Positions 26,281 through 39,818 of a DNA stretch of 64,000 nucleotides are shown one piece after another. The position numbers and the translations under genes were made by a program. The notes under the pieces were generated by a model. That model did not search any database, was not told the DNA's origin, and saw only the letters and a list, made by a program, of their open reading frames with translations. Origin of the DNA: the human T2T-CHM13v2.0 reference genome, Homo sapiens; assembly GCF_009914755.1 (NCBI RefSeq), contig NC_060942.1; one strand, 5' to 3'. How positions within the stretch are numbered: the first letter of the stretch is position 1; every line of letters starts with the position of its first letter.

Positions 26281-27044
26281 TAATTTATCTCCAGATTTCA
26301 AGTCAGTTTTACAGATGTCTCAGTTTGAAAAGATTTATCAGAGATCTAGGTTCTTTACCCACTGTCAATCTGGGACTCATTCCTAATGGCTAACACCCCT
26401 GAGAGCCTCTATCTGTGACTTAAGCCCACACAATTCCTAAGCCAATGCAGGAGGCAAGGGAGAATGTTTGGGCACATTCTCGGGCGGAGTCTCAGGACCT
26501 AGGCATGGCAGCTGAGTTAACCTGTGGCTTTCAGAGTTGTCCTGATGCTCCTAAGAGCCAGACTTGTTGCTCCCAGGACTTGCAGAGCCTGCTGGTTGAA
26601 GCTACTGCTCTACCTACCTCCTTTCCTAGGTGTGTGGCTTGACCGTTCTACCTGATGCCCTCTAGTCCCCAGGAGTCAATCTCCACCTTGTCACTTGAGA
26701 CTTACTTTTGGCTTTGAACCATCTGGAAGACTGATGGCTTGACAATCTTCTCTGAGTTCTCCTCCATAATGATAGACCTAGAACTGGACTCCTCTTCACT
26801 GCCAAGTCTCCTGCCATAGATCAAAATATTTCCCAATCTTACTTCCTAGATACCAGACTATTAGCTTATTGCCCCATGACCTGGGGCCATGGCTGAGCCT
26901 TGTCTTCTAACTTGATGTCGAGAAGCCAACCACTGAGCTCCTGAATACTGCATCTTCTTCCACAGTGAGATAATATTCCTCAGCCCCTATCCTGTCCAAT
27001 CTGGCTTGCTTCCTCTCTCCACCCATCTGATTGGCGTGGATCAT

Positions 27045-27076
27045 CATTACGGATGACTTTTAAGTCATCCATAATG
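27045..27076. repeat. 32-bp near-perfect palindrome
   Basis: CATTACGGATGACTT-TT-AAGTCATCCATAATG: 15-bp arms, one mismatch. Confidence 0.9.
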
Positions 27077-28094
27077 CCTTCAAATGGAACATCATTGAGA
27101 AATCACAGATACCAGTCCAACATATTACATGCTTTCTTCCTCCTTAAAATATAAATACTCCTAAGAAGATAAATAAGCAATCACTACATTTTCAGTCTAG
27201 GACAAAAAAATTCTATAATGTAGAGGCCTGCAGATGGTAGGTAACCAGTGGGCACCTGACCAAAAAAAATGACAGTAAGTTCTTGGAAAATTTTACTGTT
27301 TTCTCTGTGCTGCCTGATAACTACAGAACTGTAGCTTTTTCTTTATTATTATTTTTTTAATTTTCCACCAGCACATATGGTGGAATTCTACTATAGGCTC
27401 CAGGCTTCCCATTTAACCTCAAAAATGAAGAGAAAGCAATTCCGTAGGTGGTTAAGAATATGTCATAGGCACAAACTCAGCTTAAGGCATTATGAATTTT
27501 CTGTGGAGAAAATGCATTTATTCATTCTGCTTTAAGTCAAGATGGCTGAAACCCATTATCTCAAACTTTCAAAAAAAATCCCCTTTGGGATGTGAATAAC
27601 CTATAAAATATTTCAGTCAAAAATAAAATTTTTGGAGGAAGAGAGGGTCCTGTTCAAACTGATGGGGTAGAGTTCAGGCTTGCAATCATCAAAGCTTTCT
27701 CTGAGCCTTCCAGATAGGAAGGGCCATGGAGAGTTAGTGGGTGATATTATCCTAATTATTACTATATAGCATAAGAGGGCCAATCTATTTCTGTAGAATA
27801 ATAGAGCTAGGATGAGATTTGACAGCATCTGTCACAATAAATGCAAATATATAGAGAATTGACAATGAGCCATGATCTCATAAGTGATTCTATTTTCTCT
27901 CTGAATAATGACAATGCTGCATTTCAAGCTCACATGACAGATATCTTCGAAGGCTCTCTGGGGTCTGCACTGGAGGTCCTTTGTAACTGCATTTGTGAAG
28001 GAGAATGTATTTGAACTTGGAGTTTTCTAAAACTATTTATGTCCCTGGAGAATTTTCTGGCCATAGCTTCGGTCCCTAAACATTCCTTTTCATG

Positions 28095-28500
28095 GGAATT
28101 TATTAATTAGTTTTCCTGTGCTTACTTCTGTGCTAGCAGGTTAAGGAAATGCAAAGATATGGTTTCTGCCCTAACAGAGCTTACAATCCTATTGAAAGAG
28201 ATATGGGTACAGCTGATCATTCAATCCCAGTGCCAGGCAGGTGTTAAGTGCTAAACTGTGCTTGCCACAGTAAGTGCTGTCTACAAAAGTTCATGGGCTG
28301 AGGGGCTCAGTAAGAAATTCCCAGAAGAGGGGTGACTTGAACACTCTTATGTGGAAGAAAAAAGGGGTGAAGGAAAAGGAAAAGAGGCAAGAATGGAGAA
28401 GTGAGAAGACTTGAACAAGCACCTGTGCAGAAGATTTAGACTGGTACAAGGGTGTGTGTGAATGGAGCATACTCAGGGCCACTGCTGGGCTGGCTGGGAC
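28095..28500 (-). mobile_element. L2 fragment
   Basis: 'aagatatggtttctgccctaacagagcttacaatc..aaattcccagaagagggggtgacttgaac'. Confidence 0.7.
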
Positions 28501-29029
28501 ACCTGGACCAGTGTATCTTGTGCTGTCATCATGCCCATCCTCCTGCCTCCTCCGTGATGCCATATAGAATGTGATCAGGGACTTTCTTTTAAGCCAGTAG
28601 ATTAGGCAGCAGCATACTCTTCTCCTAATATTGCAGGTTCACAGAAGGATAAAACAAGAGCCTGGGCAGAGATGCCCATGTGCCTTGCAGTTTCTCTCAT
28701 ATTCCCAGGGAGAAGAGAGGTTGGGGACAAAGAGATACTTAGTAGTATCCAATAACACATTAACATTATGTGTCAGATCAACTGCAGGCTTGTATCTCTA
28801 TTTCAGGCTGGTGAAGTGTTAATTAAATATTAGTTAAACTGTTCACTTCCCTGACCCCATTAGGTCACAAATGTTTGCCCCTTTTCTCTCTTTTTTATCA
28901 GTGTCCTCTACTCTGTCTCTTCTGACTGGAAACATTTCAAGCAGATTCTTATATTACCTCCCACTCTCTAAAACAACCATGCCTTGCTATCTCTAAACAA
29001 ATAGCCCATTTTGTTCTACAGTTATTTAT

Positions 29030-29260
29030 AATGATAACAGTAATTAAAATAGCTGTAACCTCATGGATCTATCACTTGCTAAGCACTAAGATAAGCATAT
29101 CACATGCATTGACTCATTTAATCCTATGTTAAATCTATGGGAAGACATAGTTACACCTGTTCAGAGGTGAGTGCCTTCCCTAAAGTCAAAGATCTAGTAA
29201 GTGGTAGATCAGATCACAGCCTTGTGACCTGCTAAATGTGTGCTCTTTCTCTCACACTGC
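29030..29260 (-). mobile_element. MIR
   Basis: 'ctaagcactaagataagcatatcacatgcattgactcatttaatcct..ccctaaagtcaaagatctagtaagtggtaga'. Confidence 0.75.
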
Positions 29261-30189
29261 ATTGTCACAGGGGAAACAAAAGTGGAAACACTGGGCGAGT
29301 GAAAAATAGTCTAAGGGGCTGCCAAAGGCACTCAAAGCAGTTAGCTCCTCCTGATAATTGATGAACTATATTTAAAAAGTTTCTATAGCATTTGAAGAAC
29401 TGCCCACAGCCAAGAGTGTAGGTTATCTCTGTGCAAATTTACTGCAAGTGTAACTAACTCAGCTTTCTTTACTCCCTGCTCAGAATGTACTTGTTGCTGC
29501 TCCCTTGTCGTTTAATGCACTTCAAAAAAAAAAACTGGGCTCATCTGAGATGAGTGGATGGATATACTCATTTCCTTATGTCTGCAGTGAGGGTGAGATG
29601 GACTAAAATGTAAACCAATATCTTCAACCAAAATAGCTGGGGGCTAAGGAAGATGGAGGGGAGCCCCCACCCCACCCCACCGCTGGAGAACACAGAGGGG
29701 CATTGAGATGTGTTCCTGAGAGCAGAAGTAGAGTTTTCTGAGGTAGATGACCTCAGGACTGAGTCTCTCACAGGCACCCTATCTGCATAGACTATATGAG
29801 GCCTTGCAGATTTTACCTGGAGGTTGGACATCCGTCTGGATTGCTTCTAGTTCTAGAAGTCTGCAGTCTGCTTATTTTTACTCAGAATTTGTCTCTCTTT
29901 TTTTCCAGGGTGAACCCTGGAGTATCCCATCTATCCCCAGATAAGCCTTCCTGGGGTTACCCTTGGTTGATACCCTGAGAAAGGGAGAGAGTTTCATATC
30001 TGGCTTGTGGAAGTCACCCCTGATTGCCAGACTTTACAGTGGAGGCCTCACTTTGCAGCTTTTATTCCCCTAAAAATTATTGTTCAATCTGGCCCCAAAC
30101 TCATTTCTTTCTTTTCTGACCCATTTCTCTCTGTCTGAAGTATATTCACCAGATTGGTTTTTTTAAAAAGACATATGGGAATCTTAAAT

Positions 30190-30705
30190 CAGTGTTCCAA
30201 AATTATAAACTTACTTCAGATCTCCCATGGTCTGTTAATAGATGTTACATAAGAAGAAGATTCTGTGAGTAAACATGTTTGGGAAGTGCTGGATTAATCA
30301 AAGTTAAAACTTGAACGGGGGATTAACACTCTCTAAAGAGGGAGGAGAGAAAGGTTTGAGGATTCCATTGTATATGAAACATACTTTTTTCTTAAAGAAA
30401 AAACCATGGTAAGCAAGAAAGTAAAATGGTAATCTGTATTTAATCTGAGTGACAAGTATATGGGTGTTTTATTACTCTGTGACTTTTAGTATATGTGAAG
30501 TATTTTCTAATTAAAATAGTGAAACATGTTTGCATTTTATTTTTTTCCTGCAGGGTTTTTAATTATATGATGTTAGTTTGAATTTTGAGTCTTCAGGAGG
30601 GGGCTATAGCACCTGGTATTTCCATATTATTTGACCAAAAACCCTTTTAGGAAGGAGCATTTCTCAGGACTCCTGTTCTCTGGGACAGACTATGTGAGTG
30701 GAATT
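30190..30705 (-). mobile_element. hAT-Charlie MITE (MER103C-like) interrupted by an L1ME 3' fragment (~30320-30520)
   Basis: 'tgttaatagatgttac..tgtttgggaagtgctggattaatcaaagttaaa' resumes at 'ctgcaggg..caggagggggctatagca..tatttgaccaaaaacccttt..gagcatttctcaggact'. Confidence 0.7.
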
Positions 30706-31351
30706 CCAGAGACACTAGTCTTTCCCATTTCCTTTTCTGCTGCTTATTCCTAGTGTCATTGTTGGCCCTAGGGCTCCAAAGCTGAGAAGCATTGTCTCAG
30801 AAGATGCTGCACTACCTATTAGGTTCCTACCGGGGTTAGCATAGATATTCACTGTTTTCTGTTTCAAAGGGCTCTCTCTTTCTCCTACTCAAAATCTGAT
30901 TACTTTCAGAGCACCCCTACTTTAGAAGTATTTTCGGAACTGGGATGATTGGCATGTCCAAAATTCAATGAATAATCTATTCTTCCCCAACTTCCTTCTT
31001 TTCTTGAGATACTCTTCAGATCCTTACTTAGGTTTAGGACCTTCACACATGCTTCCCTTCCTTTCAGGGAAGATGTTTTATAATCTCAAAATATTTTAAG
31101 CATATAGAATCTATAATAAACTCAATTTTCTAAAATGGAAGTAGAGAATTATATTCTTATAGAGAAAGTTCCTTTCTGTTTTCTGCTCTATATTGAAATT
31201 ACATTAGTTATCAGCAAATAAATTTGCCTTCCTCAAGAAAAAAATATTTTTGCTAGTTAATAGAGATAAGTAAATAATTCTCATATATGAGATAGGAAAT
31301 AAAGTGACTATTAATGCTGTGTAAAGTTAAAATCACAGGTTGGTAATGGAG

Positions 31352-31580
31352 GAGAGGTACAATGTACTGGGGATAACATGAGTTTAAGGGACAGGGACTT
31401 GAAATGTAGGCTAGACTCCACTGCCAACTTACTGTGTGATTTTCATAGTTCACATTTCTTTAGCCTTGAGATTACTACTTAAAAAGGAGTTACCATTAAA
31501 CATACCCTGCATACTTTATACTGCTGAGCTAATGAGAGAGAATGTTAAAAGACTTTAAAAGGTCTGAAATGTTAATGAGT
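31352..31580 (+). mobile_element. MIR
   Basis: 'gactccactgccaacttactgtgtgattttcatagttcac..gctaatgagagagaatg'. Confidence 0.7.
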
Positions 31581-32264
31581 AAAATAGGACAGATGCTTAC
31601 TATTAAAATTTCTTAAGGTTTTTAAGTTGGAGAGCTGTTGACCAAAGTCATTGGACTGAATATTTCCATCATAAAAGGCATGGTAACAAAATGTTGGCAA
31701 AAGGCCTTTGCTTAATTCATAGTTTATTCAACAAAACTCTCACCTGGGGGAAGACAGAGTTAAAAGGCCAGTAACAGTGGGAGGGTCAATAAACCATCTA
31801 CCAAAGTGCTGGTGAGGTCAGGTCTTAAACCATGTGTGAAATGTGGATTCTAGGCAAAGACCTCTGTTCACATCAGTCACCAAGTTAATTAAATCTTGAT
31901 CTTCTGCATCTCCAAATGCACCTAGGACAGCCTTGCAAAAATGATCCTTATCAGAGCCATTGGATATCCAGGAGATTTGCCTATTCAGAGGTGAATGAAG
32001 TCAGCTTTTCTGTGGGATACACATTGAGAATGCAATGGGAAAAGGTGAAGAAAATGTTTCCTCACACTCTCCTTCTCTTCGTTGCATTTGATGTCATACA
32101 TTTGTGAGCTATGGCTGCAGTATCAGCACTAGTCACTGCTGAGATGACTGTTGAAACTCTACTTGGAACAGGCAACAATTAGCACCCAAGGAGATGGGCT
32201 CCATTAGCCTGGGCTACCACAGAACTAGGAAAGAATAACAACAGTGTTCAGACTACTATTTCCC

Positions 32265-32650
32265 ATTAGATCAAACATGCATGCCTTATTAAACACAGAC
32301 TATGTTTCTGTCCCTAATCTAGGTATAGGGGAGGGAAGAGAAGGAAAAGTCTCCACCCTTACACTCAGCTTACTCCAATCAAAATGGGGAGCTACAACTT
32401 ATGGAAATATTACAATTAAAAGATACATATCAATATATAATCAAGGACAAGACAATGTGATTTAGATAAGTAATATAATAGCGCAAAGGAGGAGCACCCA
32501 CCTGTGACAAGGGTAATCAGAGAAGGGTTTGGATAAGAAGTGATATACCGAAAGTGATACCTACAAACATCTCGGGAAGGTAAATGGCTATTTCTCAAAT
32601 GGGAAAGAAGGTAAACATTTCAGCATTAAGGAATCATGTAGTTGAGCATT
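32265..32650 (-). mobile_element. L2 fragment
   Basis: 'ttattaaacacagactatgtt..ctaggtataggg..aatcagagaagggtttggataagaagtgatat'. Confidence 0.65.
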
Positions 32651-32923
32651 TTCCGCAACTGTGCTAACCTTGGTAATGGTAGAACTGGTGTGGGATGGTC
32701 ATACTTTGTCAAACTGATTCCAGAAACAGTGAACTGTTCAAGAGACCCTCCTACTTTAGAGAGGTACACATATAACTCCGAAGAAAAATTGCCTACTTCA
32801 CAGGCTCTGTTGTCTGTTCATTCCTGACTACTTTTCTTTGATCCTTGTGAAGATGGAATGCAAGTCAGAGAAGCCATGGCTAGCCTAGATTAACCTGGAA
32901 CATGTTCAAAAACTTGGGACTTG

Positions 32924-33288
32924 GGCCCGGCTTGGTGGCTCATGCTGGTAATGCCAGCACTTTGGGGGGCTGAGGCAGGTGGATCACCTGAGGTCAGGAG
33001 TTCGAGAATAGCCTGGCCAACGTGGTGAAACTCTGTCTCTATTAAAAATACAAAAATTAGCTGGGCATGGTGGTGCACACCTGTAATCCCAGCTACCTGG
33101 GAAGATGAGGCAGGAGAATTTCTTGAGCACAGGAGGCAGAGTTCACAGCGAGCCAAGCTTGCACACCTGCACTCTCCAGCTTGGCAAAAAAAAAAAAAAA
33201 AAAAAAAAGAGAGAGAGAAAAGAAAGAAAGAAGGGAGGAAGGGAGGAATGAAGGATGGACAGACAGAAAGAAAGATGGAAAGAAAGAG
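32924..33288 (+). mobile_element. AluS lacking its last ~20 nt, with an A tail expanded into a compound purine-rich repeat (33186-33288)
   Basis: Alu dimer to 'ctccagcttggc', then A23, (GA)n, (GAAA)n, (GGAA)-like units; degenerate TSD AAAACTTGG(GAC/CAT)TT 32909-32922 / 33289-33302. Confidence 0.93.
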
Positions 33289-33449
33289 AAAACTTGGCAT
33301 TTAGCAGGAAGTGGCATGTTTCAAAGAAAGATTCTCATATCTTGAAATTTATATTAGTAATAAATAAGTTTCTAGAGCGTTACATTCCATTTTGTCTACT
33401 ATACATTTCTATCATCACCCTCAAATCCCTGTAAGCCATGGAGCCAGGA

Positions 33450-33625
33450 TAAGAGTTGGCAAGCCATGACCCACAGGCCAAGTCTGGGTTACTGTATTTT
33501 TTTGTTTTTTGTAAATAAAATTTTACTGGAACACAATTATGCTCATTTAATTATATATTGTTTCTGGCTGCTTTCCAGCTACAAATTAGTTAAATATTTG
33601 TGATGAAAATTGTGGGGCCCAACCT
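33450..33625 (+). mobile_element. MER58A (hAT-Charlie MITE)
   Basis: 'ttggcaagccatgacccacaggccaagtctgg..tttttgtaaataaaattttactggaacaca..tggctgctttc'. Confidence 0.85.
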
Positions 33626-34249
33626 GTAGTCCATAAGGTGATGTCAAGGCCCAGCAAATTTCAGAGTCAGCAGAGACATTAACAGCTGGTGTACAAAAAG
33701 TACTCTATGCCAGCGATAGCGCTGGGCTCCACATGTATAGGTTTATATAGTCCCTTACCACCACCATATCCAGCAGTTGTTATTTCCCCTTTCAATTATG
33801 AACAAATTGACTCAGAAGTTTTTAAGTAATTTCTTTGAAGACTGAAATTCAGGACTTTCCAATTCCAAATGTCCTGCTCTTTGCAGACTGTCCTATTGGT
33901 TTTCCTGTTAGAATGAGCTATATGTGTAAGGAAGGGAGTAGAACTCAGAAATTTTAAGCAAATTTGTAATTTCAGAATTTTGGTTTTTCTTACTTTATAC
34001 CCAAGAAATTTCAATAAATCAATACTTGTTAAGTGACACTTTTATTATATCAAAATCTTTTTAATGGAGGAAAACCCCTTCAAACTCAGATCTAGTTAAA
34101 GAAACATTCCAGGAGAGCCTTGCTTTTCCATAGCTGTCTTTGACCCTTCTTATTCATTTTCTCTCTCAAATTCTCCACAGTTAAAACTAATTTTTCCTAT
34201 GCCCAATGAAGTCGAATCAGGAAATGTTCTTATAATTCTGAATAAGCCT

Positions 34250-34400
34250 CTTAAGTTGTTGGACTTGAGTTTCTTCATTTGTAAAATGATGGAAAATGAT
34301 AGTTGCCAACATTATTATGAAGATTAAGTAAGGCCACAAATAGAAAACACTTGAAAGTTATTACATGTGATATAAATATGAGTATATTATTACTGCACTT
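34250..34400 (+). mobile_element. MIR fragment
   Basis: MIR core 'gagtttcttcatttgtaaaatgatgg..atgaagattaagtaag'. Confidence 0.75.
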
Positions 34401-34655
34401 ATAAATACAGAAAATAAGGGCATCTGTGCCTTGGTGAGTGTAAATCAGAAAGACAAATGAGGATAAAAATAGAGAAGGAAGGTGAGAAAATAAAGAGGTT
34501 ATAGGAGAAAGAAAAAGGGCTGGAAAAAAAGAAGGAATTATGACAAAGTAATGGGTTAAGACAAATAGAGGTAAGGTACACATGGATTGGCATGGCTTTC
34601 CAGGGAGTTATGGAATCTGTTCTCGGCTATCCATGAATTTGGAATTCCATTTTAG

Positions 34656-34741
34656 GAGACTTATTGCTGTGGGATTGGCATAGCACCAAACCTAATCAGG
34701 AGTCCTGGAATTGGGCCATTGCATACCACAAAATTTCTCAG
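34656..34741 (+). other. Candidate exon (86 nt)
   Basis: TTCCATTTTAG acceptor and CAG|GTAAGT donor, in non-repeat sequence. Confidence 0.25.
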
Positions 34742-37637
34742 GTAAGTCAGGCCTCAAACCAACTATTTTATATAATTATCCTTTCTCAATGTCTTTTTAA
34801 AAATTCTATGCCCACAACTACCAAGGAAGATCACTTTGGCCAGTCCTATTTGTCCTATAACAAGGAATTCTCTTGGTGGCCTAAACTGGCTTTGGGTTTC
34901 TATCAGATGAAGCCATCTGGCTTATATATTTAATCTGTAGGTCTTATAGCCTAGCATCATATTCAATGCTTTCTTTCTTGTCCCAGTCTCATCTCAACTT
35001 TGCCTTCTATTTTACCATCTAGGAAGTTTATGTCCCATCCAGACTCTTGCTCTCAATGTGTCTTTTACACAAAACTAGTCCTTAGTCACTCATTAAACCG
35101 GGTTCCCTGGCATCTCTATCAGCAATAATACTTTGTTTGAGTTACTACATGTAGATTTAAGGGTAATAAAAATATTAGTTCTTGACAATCTTATAATTTA
35201 AAAGCTTTTCTATACAGACTGAGTTCCTTCAAATCATTCTGAATTGGTGAGATTTCACAATATTACGTTGAGTGCCTGTTCTGCCACAATACTCACCAAA
35301 ATTTAAATCCCATTTAGGGAAGCAATTCAGAATCTTTTGAGTGTGAGAAGTATAATGAAAATAAATAAATTCTATTCTGTCCATTTACCTTATGGCCTGT
35401 ATTTTAATCACTTTGAAATGTCCACAAACATATAAGAAAATAAGTACTTACTTAAAATCAAAGCTACTTGAATTCCAGATGGCTCAAAGTATATCTTAAT
35501 CTGTCTTGAGCAAGTCCCCTAATTCTGCAGGAACAAATGGTGGAATGTTATTAAAATGTTAATTAGTTAAATTTAGTCCCCAAAGCATAAAGAAAACAAA
35601 ATTGCACCTACATGATTTTATTTTTACTAATGGGGAAAAGAAATTTTAATATTTAAAGAAATGAGGTTATTTTAGAGGAGAAGAATTACATGATGTGAGT
35701 TTTAGATTAAAATATCCAGGGATGTAAAGCAAGTTTGAACAAAATTATTGGGATATGTTTTTAACCTCTTATATGAAGCTATTTTCAAAATAAGGTATTT
35801 TTATCTTGTATCATAAGTTATTTATTTGGATGAAAATTGGAGAGATAGAGGTGCCAGTCAGTAACAGAGCTACTGGCTTTGCACAACTTGATTGTATTTT
35901 TCTTGTTTTTTTCTCATTATTGGAATTGGAAAGGCCTTCAGAGGGTCCTGGAAACTTTGGATCATTCCAAAAGCTCTCTTTCCATGAGGAAAACATCTTT
36001 CCTGTCTGATATTATCCAAAGAAAAGGAAGAACAGTCTCCCTAATTTAAGCGTCTTGAGTATAAATCTTTAGATTACGATTGTGTAACTTCAAAGTAATC
36101 AATAAAAAAATACAAACTTCAAGATATAACACAATTTATTAATGAAAGCCTTAATGGTACATCAGTTTGTTGTGGAATCAGTTTTTTCTCTGGTCATGTT
36201 GGTACTATTAAGTTGCATTCATGTTCATAATTGGTTTAACTCTTTCATTTTAACCATGTATGTACCTGGTTTAGTTAAAAGACAAAAAGTGTAAAATTTA
36301 TTTACTGGGTTGAATCATATAGTTACTAAAACGCTTTGGTAATGGGGAGCTTGTGAAGGTTTCTGAGCAGGGGTTTGATGTTACTAGATTTACAAAGTGT
36401 ATGATTAATCTATATAATGCATAGAATAGCTATATTAACTAGCTCATAGCAACAGTAGCAATGAGGCTTTCAGAGCTGCTGCTTTTGATCAGGGTGTAAC
36501 TTTTAGTGCTACTCAAATTATCCTAAATGAAATAGTGCTGATTGCTTCTATATAGTGTGATCCTTTTGGACACCCTTGTGCCTTTCTGAGTACCCAATAT
36601 GCAGTACAACTTATGTAAGTCAAACAAAAGAAAGACAATTACAGATAAAGAACTCAAGACAGTAGATTTCATTGGCAGAGTTCACATTGCTTCTCCCTTA
36701 AAGCAATGGGTCAGAGATAGATTCAGCTGACTTAACTATGGTCTTCCCATTAGGAATGGCTCACAAAGGATAGGCAAGCAAACAATTTTCATTTTTATTC
36801 ACCAGAACAAAGCATATTTGACTCTTTATTATTGAGTGTTAAATGGGGAAGATGGGTACGATGGTGTTTTTCATGCTTTTATTATGTTCAAAATTCTTAA
36901 GCTGCACTTTGGACACATTTGGAGAAATATACTGGGATTTTAATATCACATAGGAAAGTCAACCTTAATTCTATAGGGTAGAGGGTTTTGGGAAGAGAGA
37001 AAAGGAAGAGGGAAAAGGAGAACAGTCTTTACATTCTTCCTTTTCTCCACTATACATCATATGCCAATAAATAATTAAAATATCTCCCCAAATATTTTAG
37101 TACCTAAAAATATATCCCTGGATATCTCTGGGCAGTGGTTTCTGGAGTCCACATATAGAAGAAAGGTGAGTTCATTATCTGCTAAGCAGTAGGCTGACTT
37201 GACTCATGTTTATTATTCATTTGCAGAGCATAAGAAAAGGCTCACCTTCTGACAGAACAAGGAGACAAATCTCCGCTTGCTAGGAGTTATGGTGTTTGGC
37301 CAAGCATTGCTATGCATAATGTGAGCTAACCAAGGAAAGAGAGATAAGGGCTGGGTTCACCAGAGAGACAGTCAATCTTTGAAAGGTACACAGAAGAAGC
37401 AAATTCTGAGAAGGTATTTAAAGGAGGACAGATTTGTCCCCACTTGTAGATAAACTAAGTAAAGCAGATGGTTGCTTCTAAAGTGTGAATTTAGGCAGGC
37501 CTCACTGCCCCAAATTATGTCTAATGTTGGCCAATTGTTGTATCAGAAACTCTTATTACCAGGAACTTCTTAGATGAAGCACTAGTCACCATCATTAAAC
37601 GTAAAGGCTAACTGGAAAGGGAAATGCTGAAGCCTAT

Positions 37638-38098
37638 TGTATAGAGACTGTTGTTCGCTCACCTATAGGCCATTTTCCTCTTTATTGCTAACAATACCCC
37701 ATTATTGTTTCAGTATGGGGTGAATATTTTTGGCTATCACCAGCTCATTTATGAGTGGGCAGGATATGCAATTCTGGCCAGAAAGATGCAAGGAAGATTT
37801 TGCTGGAAGGAAGTTCTCAGAAATAACTTTCCTTTCTGATAAAAGAGAGACATATAAGGTGATGGACTTGCCAAATTCCTGCCTTTGTATGAGGACTTGA
37901 GAAATGATTCCTGAAATGGCTGCATCCATCTTATGACTATGAAAGGAAGGATAAGTCACTGACAAAGATCCAGATTCAAAGTCTTGATATCCACGTAGCA
38001 ATCATCAACCACTGGACCTTTTGCTGGGTGAGAAAGTAAACGGCATTTGTTGAAGCCAATAATAGTTCACTATTTTATTAGACATCTTAATTGATACA
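37638..38098 (+). mobile_element. MaLR LTR (MLT1J-like)
   Basis: 'caattctggccagaaagatgcaaggaag..atggctgcatccatcttatgactatga..ttgttgaagcca..cttaattgataca'. Confidence 0.8.
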
Positions 38099-39393
38099 AC
38101 CACTATTGGGACTTACTACAAATACCCTAAAAATTACTACCCTTTGAATCTATCTCCAGTTGATAACAAGAGTGACTGTATTTGGATGAGCCCTCTCTTC
38201 TTCGGTGTTCCTCAGCATTTGTGGTCTCATTTGGTTGGCACTACTTTGATCATACCTTGTACTATTATCTTTTCCTAAATGTAAATACTAAAGATCTAAA
38301 GATACAAGTCATATTCAGTGATCTCCCCAAACTAGAAGTTTTTTGAGGTTAGAAAAATTTGGTAGATACGTAGATAGATAGGTAGCTTTCTAGAGGTAAG
38401 CTATCAGAAGATGTACAAAATAGAATTTTAGGATTCGGCCTTCAGTTAATTTGAGTTTCACCGTCATTAAATCATAGAATGCAGCCATGTTCTCCAAACC
38501 CATGGCTCTGAAGCTGAACAAACAACAGAACTCCAGTGTTTTCCACTCTAAAATTATTTGACATCTCCTCTTTCTTCTGCTTCCTAAATTTTCAGACGTG
38601 TCACTCATACCTTAAATGGCTAAGAAGATGCTCAGTTTCACAAGTGGCCCCCAGTCATGTATTCCCTGTGGCTTTCTTCTATTAGCCCAGTTCATCACAC
38701 TGGGATTCTACTTAGATACTCCTCTCATGGTCTTACTTCTTGCCTTGCTTAGATCCCTAGACACGGTATAGGATGGGATCCTAACAGTAGGGAATTTGGA
38801 ACCTAGTCTAGCTTATATGAAGTCACGTTTCTCAGAGGTAGATACTGTTTATTGTCTGTATGATCACTGTTATGAAATTTCTTGTCTATGGGGTAGGACT
38901 TGTGCCACTAAACACTTTTACTGGATGACTGATTGGATTTCCATTCCTATTACCCTGGTCCCACCCACATATGATGGCACTTGCCCAGCTTGATCTTAAT
39001 ATACCCTTTGACCATTGTGCATCAACCACCTGTTGTCCTTGTTGGAACCAGCATCTGCAACCTGGAGTTTCCCCTAATCCTACCCCTTTATCCTTCAGGC
39101 TCTGTGTTGTCAAGATCCTCTTGTTCTTTCTCATGTCCCTTTTGCTTACTTCCAATTAGCATGTAGCTTTCCAGTGCATCTTACTAAAACACACATCAAA
39201 TCATGTCACTTTTCTTCAACACATTCCTCTCTATGAGATAAAATCTATGTGTAGTTTGGAATTTGTGACCTCCAACATTCTACTTCTCAAATAAAATCTG
39301 TATTTTATATGACTATACTCAAGATTTAAATCTTCATTAAACCAGTCTTTTTTTCTACATTAATAAGGAAATTTTCCCATGTCATGGTCATAC

Positions 39394-39818
39394 TACTGAA
39401 ATGAGATGGACCACACCTCTGGCCCTCAGGTTTGATCTAAATGTCAAGGCTAATGCTGCCACACACACACGGACAAATACACACACAGCAAGAAGGTATG
39501 AGAAGATTTAAAACATAATGAGGCTTTCTGGGGAGAACAGAAGGCAGGCTCTCAGGCAGGTATGAAAATGGTTCATCTCTTGAGAGATCACGGAAAAGAG
39601 GCTTGCCTGGGATTTTGTTGTGGTGAAGAGGCTGGCGTGAGTGGGTATTACATGTATGGGGGCTGGAGTGTTTATTGTTTGGATGTTCTGCTGTGGCCAA
39701 GGAAGACAGCAAATGGGCTTTTGTGTCAGATTGCCCAGATGTGGAGAGGAAGAGGAAAAGGAAAGAGTGAGGCTTAAAAACTCAATAGTCAAACATGGAG
39801 TAAAAAGTCTGTAGTATA
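39394..39818 (-). mobile_element. ERVL LTR (MER54/MER73/MER74 group)
   Basis: 'caagaaggtatgagaagattt..cataatgaggctttctggggagaacag..gtgaggcttaaaaa..agtcaaacatggagt'. Confidence 0.7.
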
